NCBI RefSeq assembly: GCF_006345805.1
Contig: NC_042998.1
Coordinates: forward strand, 150,660,001-150,724,000
Direction: 5' to 3'
Origin: Octopus sinensis
Lineage: Eukaryota
DNA length: 64,000 nt
Made by a program: the position numbers and the translations under genes. Below, in pieces: positions 12,961 through 26,186 of the stretch (position 1 is the stretch's first letter; every line of letters begins with the position of its first letter). A model generated the notes under the pieces. It did no database searches. It saw only the letters and a list, made by a program, of their open reading frames with translations, and was not told the DNA's origin.

Positions 12961-13399
12961 TCAGTAACCAGGAGTAGAGGACTTTAAAATGTTAATCATT
13001 AGTAGTTATTTATACAAGACAATATGTAAGTATACTTCCCGTTTGCTTGCTTTTCAAACAACTGAAATATTCGTCTTTGAGGCTAAAAGAAAAATAATAA
13101 TTCGTTTCATCTCTCTTTGCGAAATTTATGCTTGCATGTACTCGTATTACGTACCAAGAAAAACAGACTTAAAAATCTCTTTCATTTCCAATGAAATGCA
13201 AGGCCCCACTTCCAAAATGCACTCGTCCGTATGTATGTATGTATGTATGTATGTACCTATAAACTAAAGCTGAAACTGAAGTCACAAGACAAACTCTACA
13301 TCAGTTTCAATAGAAATACCATTTCCTCTACACCATGTATTGAACACACCACATTTCTTATTCGTCCGATCAAAACCAACGTACGAGTGAGTGAGTGAG

Positions 13400-13442
<43 letters not shown>

Positions 13443-13444
13443 AA

Positions 13445-13750
13445 AGCGCGTTGTTTAGTGGTAGGGTAGTCGGCCCACGTTCGTAAAGTCGTGAGTTCGA
13501 TAGCCAGCTGCGAATTGTGTCCTTGCGCAAGACACTTTATTTCCCATTGCTCCAGTCTACTCAGCTGGCAAAAATGTAATCCAAAGCGTCAGCCTTGTCA
13601 CGTTATGTGTCATGCTGAATTTCCCGGAGAACTACGTTAAAGGTACACTTGTTTGTGGAGTACTCAGTCACTTACACGCTAATTTCCCGAACAGGCTGTC
13701 TTGTGGATCAGATCAACTGGAACCCTCGTCGTCGTAACCGATGGACTGCA
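13445..13750 (+). mobile_element. CORE-like tRNA SINE (family C)
   Basis: A box tttagtggtag, B box gagttcgatagcc, CORE-like tgtgtccttgcgcaagacacttt. Confidence 0.65.
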
Positions 13751-13864
13751 GTAGTGATATGTGTATATATAATAGTAATCTCTCATAGTCCGAGAAAGAT
13801 AATTCTGCAATTTCTTGTTGAACATGATTTGTTTATAGTAATTATGTATTTGCGCTGCTTAGTA

Positions 13865-14035
13865 TCTCACTCAAAGTGACTCGACTGATGCACGGTGTAC
13901 CTAAGTGATGACAGAAAAACGTGAGATGAAGCGTTTTGCCCAAGATCATAAAGCACCGACGGGTCTGGGAATTGAAATCATGAAATCGCGATTGTGAATA
14001 CAAAACACTAACCACTAGGCTATGCGCTCTCATAC
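13865..14035 (-). mobile_element. CORE-like tRNA SINE (family C)
   Basis: Reverse complement agcctagtggttag...gatttcaattccc...gatcttgggcaaaacgcttc. Confidence 0.6.
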
Positions 14036-14049
14036 AAGTGTGTGTGTGT

Positions 14050-14205
<156 letters not shown>

Positions 14206-15042
14206 CTGTCGACTTCTCTCTACATTTATGTTTATATCACATGTTTCATAAACCGGAAGCTAACAGTGAATTTGGTCTCTCTAAACATTTCATAACATCG
14301 ACGTGTGGCCGCCATTTTCTGACTCCAAACATTACGCACTGAGTTGGTTCACGTAGCTGGAGGCACTAAAACTCTTTGATTTATTATTCCAGCCTCTCTC
14401 CAATTCGTTTTCGCCAACATTTTCATACATTTCCGATTTTCTTTCTTGTCTTTTCTCTTACTTTTCTATCTTACATTTTATTTCAATTCTCTATGTACAC
14501 ACACACACATGCACAAGCACATACACACTTAAGTCTACATATATATCCCTGGTTTTACATACACATATTCACATAAAGATATTTGTATGTATGTATGTAT
14601 GTATATATATATATAATATATATATATATACATACATACATACATGCATACATATATACATGTGTGTGTGTGTATACAAATATATTTATATACATAAATA
14701 TATGTATGTAGAAATGTATATGTATATACGTAATTATATTTTTCTCTACTCACCTCCTCCCCACTCTCGTATTTATGCACACTTATATATGTATGCATAT
14801 ATTATACATGCGTATGCACACACACGCACACACACACGCACACACACACAGATCTATACATTCACATACATACATACATATGTAATTGCACAGGTTACAA
14901 TTAATATGTATATATAAACATACATACAAAGACATACACGCTCATGCACACATATGTATCACTATATCTATCTCTCTGTTCCTCTCACTCTCTGTTTCTC
15001 TTATATCTAAGCTCTTCTTTAACCAGCTTGTTTTCTAGCAAA

Positions 15043-15083
<41 letters not shown>

Positions 15084-15429
15084 TCTCTCCTCTCCTCATT
15101 TTTTTCTCGCTGCCTCTACATCTCTCTCGCTCCCCTATCTCTGCATATCTGTCTCTACTTCTTGCCTTCTTTCGTTCCTATCTTAGCAACATGGACGGCA
15201 ACATAGTCGACTGCACGAAAGGCAGCGTTGCCCTTAGGAACCAAAGAAACTGGCAGGAAATAAAAAGAAATCCTCTTCGCATGGAACTTATGGGAATGAT
15301 CGCCACCGAAAAATCTAATCGCAGAGATTCTGATGAGCTTTGGCCTCCATCGATGCAAGCTCATATAGAAAGGAAAAGAACGAATTCATTCGTTTGTATA
15401 CTCTGATTAAATCTGACCCTATAAATATG

Positions 15430-16390
15430 CTATTTGTAGGGTCAGAGACTCTGCCTACCTCTGCTCATATAGTGACATACCTGAGTGGAAAAGGACCTCA
15501 ATTCATTTGAAATTAGGGTGATTGAATTCTGCTAAACGAAGTACGTGGGGGCTGTCGTTTAAGCTGGCTAGTACTTTTCCAAGATTTTTGAGGATCTCTT
15601 CGAATAAATACCTTTGAGCTGGGGTATCAGTGGGCGATATTAGTACTCCGTAAAGCAAGGGTTAAAACTGTTCTGGACCTCTGCTCCACAAATAATGTGG
15701 TGCTCATCCATAATGTTAAGGTGATTCCAACAATTTTCTCGGGTCATAATCGAACAATAAAACAATGTATGGTCCGAGGGAAAAGTTAAACATGCACTTT
15801 ACTGAAACACCACTCCTTTTCAGCCTTAACTTTCATAAAGCTGGTTGGAAAGGTATTCTGAAAGAGGTCCTGGAACAATTATGGTCTACGCAAGATATTG
15901 ACATAAAGCTACACACTGCGATAGTCATGCATGACATATGCGGCAGGTTTTCTCCAGAGAGAATTTCAAACCGACTAAAAGACATAATTCCCAGAAATAA
16001 GAAGATCCTAATGAAACGCTGAACAAAGATCTTAATTCGTCTAAATGGGACACTAAAGGATAGTAAAGAATCCTATTTTAAACAAACACTACTTGAGACT
16101 GAAAGTGAACTTAAATATTCCCACGAGAAGGAGAGAGCAGGGAAAGAAGCCAAGGCTGTAAAAATGTGAAGACGAACCCTAACGTCTTCTATAAATTGTC
16201 TGTTTCGGTAGGCCATAAGAGAGGGCTATTATCTGAAGAAAATGGCACACTGATTGCAGACCCCCAGAAGATATGTGAAATACTGATTGAACACTTGCAA
16301 ATAGTTATGTCAAATGGGTTCTCTAACATCACACATCCACCCGAAGGGACAACAGTCACACTGAGTATCATGGTTTTTGATGTCTGGTGT
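15430..16390 (+). mobile_element. CR1/Jockey-group LINE, segment 1 (APE C-terminus and linker), degenerate
   Basis: VLDLCSTNNVVLIHNVKVIPTIFSGHN at ~15668 fits the APE LDL..TN...SDH pattern; KTNPNVFYK linker motif. Confidence 0.6.
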
Positions 16391-16394
16391 TTGA

Positions 16395-18120
16395 TACATG
16401 TTTCCTAGTAATTTTGGTTTACTGATTTCAAAAAGGAAATTCATTTGGCTCTGCTATGTCAAGATTTTTCATAAATTCAAATGTCCACCATAGGTATTGT
16501 CACCATCTCTAAGGATCCATGTATGGATCTTGGCATAGCTTTGAAAACAGTTTGTCAATGTCAGTTAAAGCAAATGCAACTTCCAAAGTGAAAACAAAAG
16601 TCACGATTTAAGTATTTTCAGGGAATAAAAAGCATCAAACTTGAACAACTGTCACTATTTTCAATCTAACTAGTTTTAAATATCATTATGGTGACAGAAA
16701 TGCCCTTTATACAATTAGATATTGATAAACAACACGTTTCTAAGATCCTTGATATCATATATGTCTTGTATGAAGATGTGCTCATGCCATTCTTGATTTC
16801 ATGTAACCATCATTAAACGTGGTTTATTGACCCTTTAGAGATGTATTTTTAACTATTCATTGACCCTTTAGAGATGTGCTTTTAACTATTTATTGAACCT
16901 TTAACTATATACCAATGAAAATTGGTATTTTGAATGCACCTTCAATGTCATAGTTGTGAGGTACATGGGTGAGGGTCACTTTTAGTTAAGCATGGTCAAA
17001 GAACTATAGAAAGAATGTCATGGTGTGTATGCTCTTTATGGGACTTTCCCAACGTAAATCTGTATTTGCTTGCAGTTGACAATTCTGAAAAATGTTTTCC
17101 CTGGGTGACAACTGGTTTGAATATATGTTTTGTATTCCAGAGATATTAGCAGTTGTGAGAGAAGAAAATGACAAAAATACCCTTGATATTTTCTACTTCA
17201 TTTGTAGAGGCTACACTTTACCTAAGCAGTGAAACAAAATCACAACTTTTTTTTTAAAGAAAGCATGCCTTACTTACTTTGGAATGAAATTGGTTGATCA
17301 AGACAAAACCTGGACACCCCATATAGTGTATAAAACACTGAGACAGTGACTGTTTCAAATACTTAAGCAGAAAGATTCCAGCTTTGTCTTGTGAGAAAAT
17401 TATGGTTGGTGTGTTTGATAGACACAATAGGTGACTATTGCAAGAGTTTTCGGAGTCCATGTCTGGCTTTGACAAAGAAGCATGAGATGTTTTTGCTGCA
17501 GTTGTATCTGATTTCCTCGGAAACAGGAAGTCATCAAATTATAAAGAACTTGTGCATACCTTGTTAACCAGTTTTCGAGCACTGAGCCCTAACATGAGTG
17601 TAAAAATACATTTCCTACACAGTCATCTGGACTACTTTCCTGAAAATCATAGTGCAATAAGTGATGAGCAAGGAGAATGATTCCACTTAGAAACCGAGGA
17701 CACGGAAACTAGGTATCAATGCAGGCGGAACACAAACATGATGGCTGACTATTACTGGTCTCTGCAAAGACACTGTGATGATGCTAGTTATTTACGCAAA
17801 ACACCAAACAGAAAGTCCATTCCTTGAGTAGCTGAAACTCCAGTCTGACAGAAATATTTATCCTAAAGTTTTGTACAATATATTTGTTCAACAATAAAAA
17901 GTACTATTTGCTTTGCGTTAGTTTCTTATTTTAGTATTGCATTTAATGGCAAAATTGACTTTTTTATTTTTTATAAAAAATGAATTCCTGATTAAAAAAA
18001 ATTTACATGATAGAAATTTTCTGATGGCATTTCTGAAATCACTACCATGAAATTAGGTAGGACTAATTGTAAAAGGCAAGACAACTAAGAATTGTTTTGA
18101 AAATATTTCCCAGATGACCA
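16395..18120 (+). mobile_element. DNA transposon relic, probably CMC/Chapaev3-like
   Basis: From 17594: MSVKIHFLHSHLDYFPENHSAISDEQGE*FH..ETRYQ..NMMADYYWSL, with upstream CFKYLS..K. This is a widespread transposase C-terminal motif; the superfamily call is from recall. Confidence 0.6.
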
Positions 18121-18269
18121 ACCCTATTACTTACAGACAAACGATACAATTGAGCTTTTTCAGAGAGGAAACTGTAGAAAAACAATTTGACTTGATAGAA
18201 GAAAACTGACAGTAGCTTTGAAATTAGTGTGTCAATTTTAGTCAGTTGTAGTTTCAATCAAGTGAAATA

Positions 18270-18500
18270 GCAAACTCTACAGAAATTATCTTCAAAATTG
18301 TTCCCCTGAGTTATCGATTATATTGAAATAAAGGTAATTGATGTTATATCGGTCATTGACGAAATGAGCTTAAACTCAGCTACAGGCTCTGATGGGTTCC
18401 CAGTAATCCCCCGAAAAACATGCAATGGGGCCCTAATAAGATACGTCTTTCAATACTTCCTTGCAAGTAGTAGAGTTCCTAGTATGTTAAAGAGCGTCCC
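18270..18500 (+). mobile_element. CR1-type LINE, segment 2 (start of RT)
   Basis: VISVIDEMSLNSATGSDGFP..K..C fits the L...K.PGPDG motif; continues at 21559. Confidence 0.65.
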
Positions 18501-21500
18501 CAAAGTCCATTCCTTTCTCACCGTGGTGGGGACGCTGGCAACGGGTAGTGTCAGAGCTAAGCCGTCAGGAACTTCGGTTCCTGGTAGGGCCACTCAAGGC
18601 GGATTGGTCTGACACCGAGTGGTATTAGGGCCACAACCCGGCAGACGGGGCTCTGGTGAAAATCCTCGGAGTGTCTGTTTCGGCAACCGGCGGCTCCTCG
18701 GTCGTTCTGTCCCTGCATCGGCGGACAATCTGCGGCAAACAGGATGTCTCTACATGCGCGATTGTTGGGGACCGCTCGTGAAATCCACATATTCCCACGA
18801 AACCTCTTCCATGAATTCTCAATGGCGAATTCTCACTCGACTACTACTAGCGTGCTGGAACGTCAGAACACTTCTTGACGACGGTGTCCAGGCACTTATG
18901 ATGAAGGCTCTGCACAGGTACCGCGTGGCCGTTGCTTGTCTTTCAGAGGTGCGCCTAGGGACGTCGGCCATCTCCCGACCAAAGTCCCCAGCGAAGAATT
19001 CACCTACCATCTGTATCACAGTGGTGTGACTGATAACAGTGGCCTCCATGGGGTGGCTGTAGCGCTCAGCCCTGATGTGCAAGCGGCTTTGCTAGCGTGG
19101 CAGCCAATCACGCATCGACTTGCACAGGTGTGATTGAAGGGTCAAATCTCCAACGTCAGCATCATCGCTGTATATGCTCCCACTCTCAATGCAGACGATG
19201 CGGACAAGACGTGGTTCTACGCAGATCTTCAGGCGGCAGTGGATGATGTTCCTTCCAGTGATGTTCTCGTTGTTGCTGGGGACAGGAACGCTCGGACCGG
19301 ACCTGCTGACGATACAACACGGCACTTTCTGGGACGCTTTACCCTAGGTGCTCGTTGTGACAATGGTGAACGGCTCGTGTTTTTTGCGGAGGCTAATCGT
19401 CTTCCTACGCGTCAGAAGAGGATCGATGTCTCGCGTCTCAAACTCGAGGCTGGAAACTATTTTCGAGTTGAGCTCAGAAATCGATTCCTGGCGCTTGGCG
19501 ACGCTTGGCGACGCTTGGCGACGCTTGGCGACGCTTGGCGACGAGTTGGTTCAACAATCGGAGCAGGAATGGAGCGCACTCAAGACGGCGACGACTGAAG
19601 TGGCCGGGAAGCATCTTGGATCCACCAGACGTCGCCATCAGGACTGGATCTCCGACGACACTCTTGAACTCGCTGAGAGGGCGAACGTGGCTCGACTGGA
19701 AGGTGCACCAAATTTTCGAGATCTGCGACGACGCCCTTCGAGGGCCATCCGGGCTTATCGAATTGCACACTGGCGTGCATTCGCAGAGCGGACGGAAGGG
19801 GCAGCAGCCTGTGGTGACTCGCGCAAACTCTACCAGCTTGTGGAACAGGCTAGCCGAGGCAATACGAGTATCAGTGAGACGATCCGTGATCGGACTAGCG
19901 CGGTCATTACGAATCTTAGTGACCGGCTGGATCGATGGCGGGACCACTTTTTCCGAGGTGTTCAACCATCCGCCACCATCTTCACAAACGTTCGTGCAGC
20001 CAACTGGGGATGACTACGGTTGCAGCACTGCCCCTCCGACGGTCGAGGAGGTACGCGGTGTCCTGACCTGTCTCTGGAACAACAAAGCGCCAGGCGAAGA
20101 TGGTATTCCAGCAGAGGTGTACAAAGCCGAGCCAGATGTCTTCGCATCCTGGCTCCATCGAGTCTTCTCTGTGGTGTGGGCGACGGAGCGTTTCCCTGAG
20201 GACTGGAGTGATGCAATCCTCCTGCCGTTCTTCAAAAAAGGCGACAAAAAGCTGTGCTCAAACTACAGGGGCATCAGCCTTATCGATGTTGCTGCCAAAT
20301 CCTTCGCAATTCTTCTGCTGAAAAGGTTCCAGACCGTCCGTGATGTCCGTACCCGCCCTTCTCAGGGAAGAGGGTGTGTCGATTAAATCTTCAGCCTCCT
20401 ACGTGTTCTGGAACAACGGTGGGCATACCAGCAGCCTACTGTTCTATGCTTCATCGACTTCACTGCTGTGGCGCATAATGCAGGCGGACGGTATACAAGA
20501 GAAGCAGCTCCGAGCACGCATCAGGATCTATGGTGAGCAGACGGCGCCGTTTGATGTTGGGACAGGTGTGCGGCAGGGGTGCGCGCTGTCGCCAACCCTC
20601 TTCAACTACGTCATTAACTACGTTCTCAACACCGCGCTCCGGGACTACCGGGGCGTAGAGGTTGGGAGAGGAGTCGCGGTGACGGACCTGGCCTACGCAG
20701 ACGACATCGTACTGATGGGTGCATGCAAGGATGATATTCAAGCGGCTCTCGAAGGGGTTCAAACGGCAGCAGCCGCGGTTGGTCTCCGAATCAACGCCGC
20801 CAAGTCGAAGGTGATGAGGTCGTTGGTTCCGACTGACATCTGGCAGTCAATATCTCTCGCGGGCGAGGACCTGGAGGATATGGAGTCTTTCGTCTACTTG
20901 GGCTCAACGGTGATCCCAAACGGTCAGGGTGGAGCTGAGGTCGATCATCGCATCGATGCTGCTCGATCTGCCTTTGGACGCCTAAAGCGGTGTCTGTGGG
21001 ACCGAAGGGAGATCTCATCGGTGACCAAAGGGAGAATATATCAGGCCGTCGTTCGTACAGTACTTCTCTATGGCTGTGAAACGTGGCCTATGCGGGTGGT
21101 CGATCTACAAAGGCTGGAAGTCTTCGACAATGACTGCCTCCGGTGCATTCTTCGCTGCCGTCGGGTGGATCTAGTTCCCACCGCCAATCTCCGACTTCGC
21201 CTGTCTCTGCGGCCCCTTCCATCTGTCCTTCTGCAACGGCGCTTGCGGTGATTTTACCATGCATGTAGGCGTCCGGTGGGTGAACAGAGCCGTGATGTCC
21301 TTCTCCCAACTCCACTTCCCAACTGTCGGAAACGCGCGGACGGGCAGCTGAAGACCTGAGTTACGACAATCAAAGAGGACCTCTCCGTGCTCACGAGCAC
21401 CTGCGCCGATGGAACCGTGACTGGCTCGCTAACTCCAGTGAACTGGCGCAGGACCGTCGTGCGTGGGCTGCCATGGTTGGAGATGCCTCGAGGGTGGTAG

Positions 21501-21558
21501 AAGCTGACTCAACCCGCCCAGGGTGAATGTCGCCACAAGTAAGTACAAGTAAGTAAGT
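18501..21558 (+). mobile_element. RTE-clade LINE, near full length, frameshifted and internally deleted
   Basis: APE motifs CWNVRTL, CLSEVR, IIAVYAPT and GDRNA; RT motifs NKAPGEDGI, NYRGISL, GVRQGCALSPTLF, LAYADD and YLGS; VLLYGCETW; 3' tail caagtaagtacaagtaagtaagt. Visibly GC-rich. Confidence 0.95.
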
Positions 21559-23145
21559 TAAAGAAGAGCATACTATCTCCTAAAAATTACAGGTCTGTTT
21601 CTCTCTAACCTCAAATGTCAGTAAAGTCATGGAACGCATTATCAGGAGGAAGCTTATCAAGTTCCTGAAAGACAAGTACATGCTTCCTGACACCCAGCAT
21701 GGCTTCCACTCAGGAAGAAACTGCCTTATACAGCTTCCGCAGTGTTATGATTGGTGTTTAAACAACTTATGACTCGCTTAGACGTGGATGCAATATATCT
21801 TGATTTTACAAAGACCTTTGATAAGGTTGTTCACGGGATGATATGTCACAAACTGGAACTCGGCATTGTTGGAAAAACGGAAGAATGGTTACATGGCTTC
21901 TTAAAAGACAGAAGCCTAACTATGGCAACCGAAAATGGCTCTCTCCAAGGAGACATTAACAGTGCATGAGTGTAATGCCACAGGGAAGTGTCTTAGAGCC
22001 ATGGCTGTTTATGGTGACACTCTCAAACGTCGTTACTCAGCCACTCTCACCAGCTATGCCGACGACACAAAAGTAGTACAAGCAATCAAGAATCATTTCA
22101 ATACTAATCTTCGACAGAAAGATCTACATGCCATATATGAAAGGGGTGAAGAAAATAACATGCAATTTAATACAGGAAAATCCCAAGCCTTTCGCTATCA
22201 GCTAGCTTACACTAACATGCCACAACAAAGATACTATGGGCAAAAAAAAAGCGGCAATCACGGAGTCAAACAGTCCATGACCTGGGGCTTGTATAAGCAA
22301 CACTACCTTGTTTCATGTACATACACCTAGGATGGTGACAATGTGCAGGAGAATGGCTGGATGGGTTCCAAGAACTTTCAGAATAAGGGATCAGGAGATT
22401 ATGCTGGTTCTATGGAGAACATTTGTTCTCAGCCGTCTGGTCTACAGCTCTCAACTGTGGTCACCCAAGAGCGTCAAATTAATAGCGGGACATGAGACAC
22501 TTCAGCAATGCTGCACCAGAAAGATTGCATCAATGAAACAGCCGAACTACTGGGAAAGACTGAAAAATTATGGCTCTACTCCCTTGAGCGAAGACGAGAG
22601 AGATATACGGATGATATACATATGGAATATCCTAGAAGGGTTGGTATCGAGAGTTATGTTAGCCCTCACAGCAGAACGCCACTATGTTCTGTTGCAGACT
22701 TAGAATCTTTAATGTTCAATTTTTCTTTTAAAGCATCATAAAAATGTTAGAGTATATTTGAATGTCTAAAAGCTTTATTTTTACACTCTTCTAGAAGTCC
22801 CACTCCTCAAGAAGTCCCACTCCTCCAGAAGTCCCACTCCTCCAGAAGTCTCAGCCCTCCGTCTTCAGTAAGGATTAGGTACTGCAATAACCTGGGATTC
22901 AAAAGCCCACAACTATTTAATATCTTGCTAAAAATCCCCGTGAGATCTACATAGAGTTGGGTTGATGTTTTAAAGAATCAGTTTGATCTTCTGCTAAGCA
23001 AAATCCCAGAAGAACTTACATCACGGAAAGAAACTCAGACGAGGGCAGTTCACACGAGAATGGTCATTGAAAAGGTGATAATATTGGCGATGCTATAGCA
23101 TGGTCACAGTCTTTAAACCGAAATATACAAAAGAATAAAAGAGTA
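21559..23145 (+). mobile_element. CR1-type LINE, segment 3 (RT and 3' end), degenerate
   Basis: KNYR.SLTS..K.MERII, QHGF..GR, DAIYLDFTKTFDKV.H, SYADDTK, SRLVYSSQLWSP, LYSLERRR; tail aaaagaataaaagag. Confidence 0.85.
22793..22860. repeat. 17-bp tandem repeat (agaagtcccactcctcc) x3 plus a diverged 4th copy
   Basis: Direct reading, inside the CR1 3' region. Confidence 0.85.
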
Positions 23146-23499
23146 ATGAATATTTGAATGTGCATATACTTGTGTACGAATCATGTATTTATTCGTCTCC
23201 ATGTTTGTGTACGCCGTGTGCGTGTGTATATGTGAATCTGAGTGTGTATATGTGTGAATTTGTAATCTCGATTCTTATTTTTACACCGTCTGTCACTGTT
23301 ACTCTTTCTCCTTTTCTCCTTCTCTCCTCACCCCCTCTTCCACCCAACCCCACCTCTGTTTTGCCCCGTTTCTCCATCTTTCTCTGCCTTCTCCATCACG
23401 ACTTTTCATTCTCCTGCTACTCACCTTCCAAGCCTTCCTTCTTTTTCATCGCTTACTCCCTACCTTAGAGTTATCGCTTTGGTACAGCCAGACTGTCTA

Positions 23500-23511
23500 G
23501 TAGTAGTAGTG

Positions 23512-23575
<64 letters not shown>

Positions 23576-23744
23576 CAGCGGCAGCAGCCACTTATTTTCT
23601 TCAGAACTGTTTGAAGTCAGTTCATTCAGATGTAATCTTGCCGAACAATCATACAAGATAAATGCACATGCGCACCTACACCACCCACATTGTATACACA
23701 CACATACACGTATATATTATATTATACGTATATATATATATATA

Positions 23745-23785
<41 letters not shown>

Positions 23786-23802
23786 ATATTAATATATACA
23801 TA

Positions 23803-23885
<83 letters not shown>

Positions 23886-23900
23886 ATTATATATGTTATG
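23500..23900. repeat. (TAG)n followed by (TA)n microsatellites
   Basis: Direct reading. Confidence 0.9.
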
Positions 23901-24206
23901 TTTGCGTACGAATCTTTGTATATGTAATGTGAAATTACGCTTGTTTGTTGCGTGTGTATATGAGTAAAATGACTATTTATTGTGTATTTTATTTTGTATA
24001 TTCCTCTTCCACGTCTTTCCAAAATTTGTAAAATTAAAAATTGCAACCATTCTATACTCCCATACACTTCCATAAGCATCTAGATACATACATACTCACA
24101 CACTCACTCACACACACACGCGCGCGGACACACACATGCTTATAGTTACTTGCGTATCTATCTATGTGTAAATGTATATATATATGCTTTTATTTCTATG
24201 CATATA

Positions 24207-24289
<83 letters not shown>

Positions 24290-24360
24290 AAAAAAAAGAC
24301 GAATACAGGTAGTGTAGACAACAAACAGATGTATTAGTTTAACGCTCAGGAAGTGAAAAA

Positions 24361-24400
24361 GTCTTTAACGTTTCGAGCCTACGCTCTTCCACAGAAAGGA
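24361..24400 (-). ncRNA. Minimal type I hammerhead-like motif
   Basis: CUUU-CUGUGGA-A-GAGC-GUAG-GCUC-GAAAC-GUU-AAAG: 4-bp stem I, 4-bp stem II, ACGU palindromic stem III, A6U core variant. Confidence 0.5.
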
Positions 24401-25332
24401 ACACAGAAAGAAACAGGGAGAGAAAATGAAGAATGTGTAGTGGCTAGCGGTGAAGATAAATTCATTTTTTCATATGGCTTCTTTATGATTACGGCCGTTT
24501 CATAACCTTCATCATGTAGTATTATCAATTACAGTATATAAAATTATACGTACATGCTTACATGAATGCTCAGCATTATACAATACAGTTGTACATTCAC
24601 AAATTAATGTATATAAAGAAAGTTAACGCATCAGATCACAGCACATCATGGTTACATCTACAATTCAGCTCTAAATATACACACAAAATTCACCCTTTAT
24701 AATGTACAATGTATGGAAGACCAGAATTGGACCAGTTTACAGTAATTTGGTCAGTAAAAGGAAATAACAGTAAAATGGACTTGTATTGTGATATTCTTTT
24801 CAGAATTTCTTCTCTGAATGCACTCAAATCAATTAAGTCAACGCACGCAAAATATATTTTAGATATTGCAGACCTTAATTTAAGAAAGATAGCAAGAAAT
24901 TGAATGAAATAACACAAGTAAAGATAAGCAAAATATTACAAAAACGGCAAATTCATAGATAAGAGAACTTAAAGAATAAAAGGGTATTTAAAAATGATGA
25001 GTTGGCTGAGTCATTACAAAAATCTGTAAATAGCTCAGTGTATCAAATGAGAATGTCAGTGATGATACTGGCCGTCAATGAGTTGGTGCTATAAGAGAAA
25101 AAGTGAAAATAAAAGTAAGCGATGCCTCATATGACCGAAAGAGCAGATGACAAAAAGATTGCTTGTCTATTGAATGAGTAAAGTTTTTCGAGTAAATGTT
25201 TAATGATGCGCAAGGACTTTTTCTCTCCACCACTCTTGGAGTCTGTCTGTCTGTCTCTCACTCTGTATGAGCTGTATGTATGCGTGCGTATATATACATA
25301 TATATATATATAATATATATATATACATATAT

Positions 25333-25405
<73 letters not shown>

Positions 25406-25431
25406 ATGTATGTATGTATGTGTGTGTGTGT

Positions 25432-25738
25432 GGAGGCGCAATGGCCCAGTGGTTAGGGCAGCGGACTCGCGGTCGTAGGATCGCGGTTTCGATTTCCAGA
25501 CCGGGCGTTGTGAGTGTTTGTTGAGCGAAAACACCTAAAAGCTCCACGACGCTCCGGCAGGGGGGGGTGATCCCTGCTGTACTCTTTCACCACTCTTTCT
25601 ACCACTCTTTCTTCTGTTGGCCTGCTCGCTGAGCCAGCGGGGGGTGGGCGTCATTCGAAGACTAAAACAATGCGAACGCATTGTGACCAGCGATGTGTAA
25701 CAACATCTGATGGTCTGGTCGGTCACGTGATCACGTGA
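25432..25738 (+). mobile_element. tRNA-derived SINE, family D, well preserved
   Basis: ggaggcgcaatggcccagtggttagggcagcggactcgcggtcg...ggtttcgatttcc (A and B boxes), GC-rich body, tail gtcacgtgatcacgtgat, inserted between microsatellites. Confidence 0.85.
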
Positions 25739-26149
25739 TGTATATATATATATTATATATATATGACATGAGTTATTCTCGAAATAAGGGTTTTCCGAGT
25801 TATTTAATTCTTCTTTAGTGATGAAACATCTTCCAAGTGGTCACAACTCCCGTTATCTTTAGTGCAGGATTTGCATGGTGTACTATTTTAAAATGACTTT
25901 TTCCTTTCCAGGAGCAACGAATTCCTGCATCTTTCAAAATAACAAGTCCAAGTAGTTTATTTTCTTGTTTTTGTTACCTACATTCCAAAGATGAAGCTTT
26001 GTACTTTTGTTGAGACCAGACCCTTTTTCAGAGGAAGAATTTAAATGATTAAATACAGAAGAGACACGTATATATATACACACGTTTATTTGTAAAATAC
26101 ATACAAACATCAATCTATCTATCTATCTCTCTATCTATGGATCTATCTA

Positions 26150-26186
<37 letters not shown>

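Noticed and set aside
25432-25510. tRNA gene
   Set aside because: A and B boxes are present, but the acceptor and anticodon stems do not close, and it continues into a SINE body and tail.
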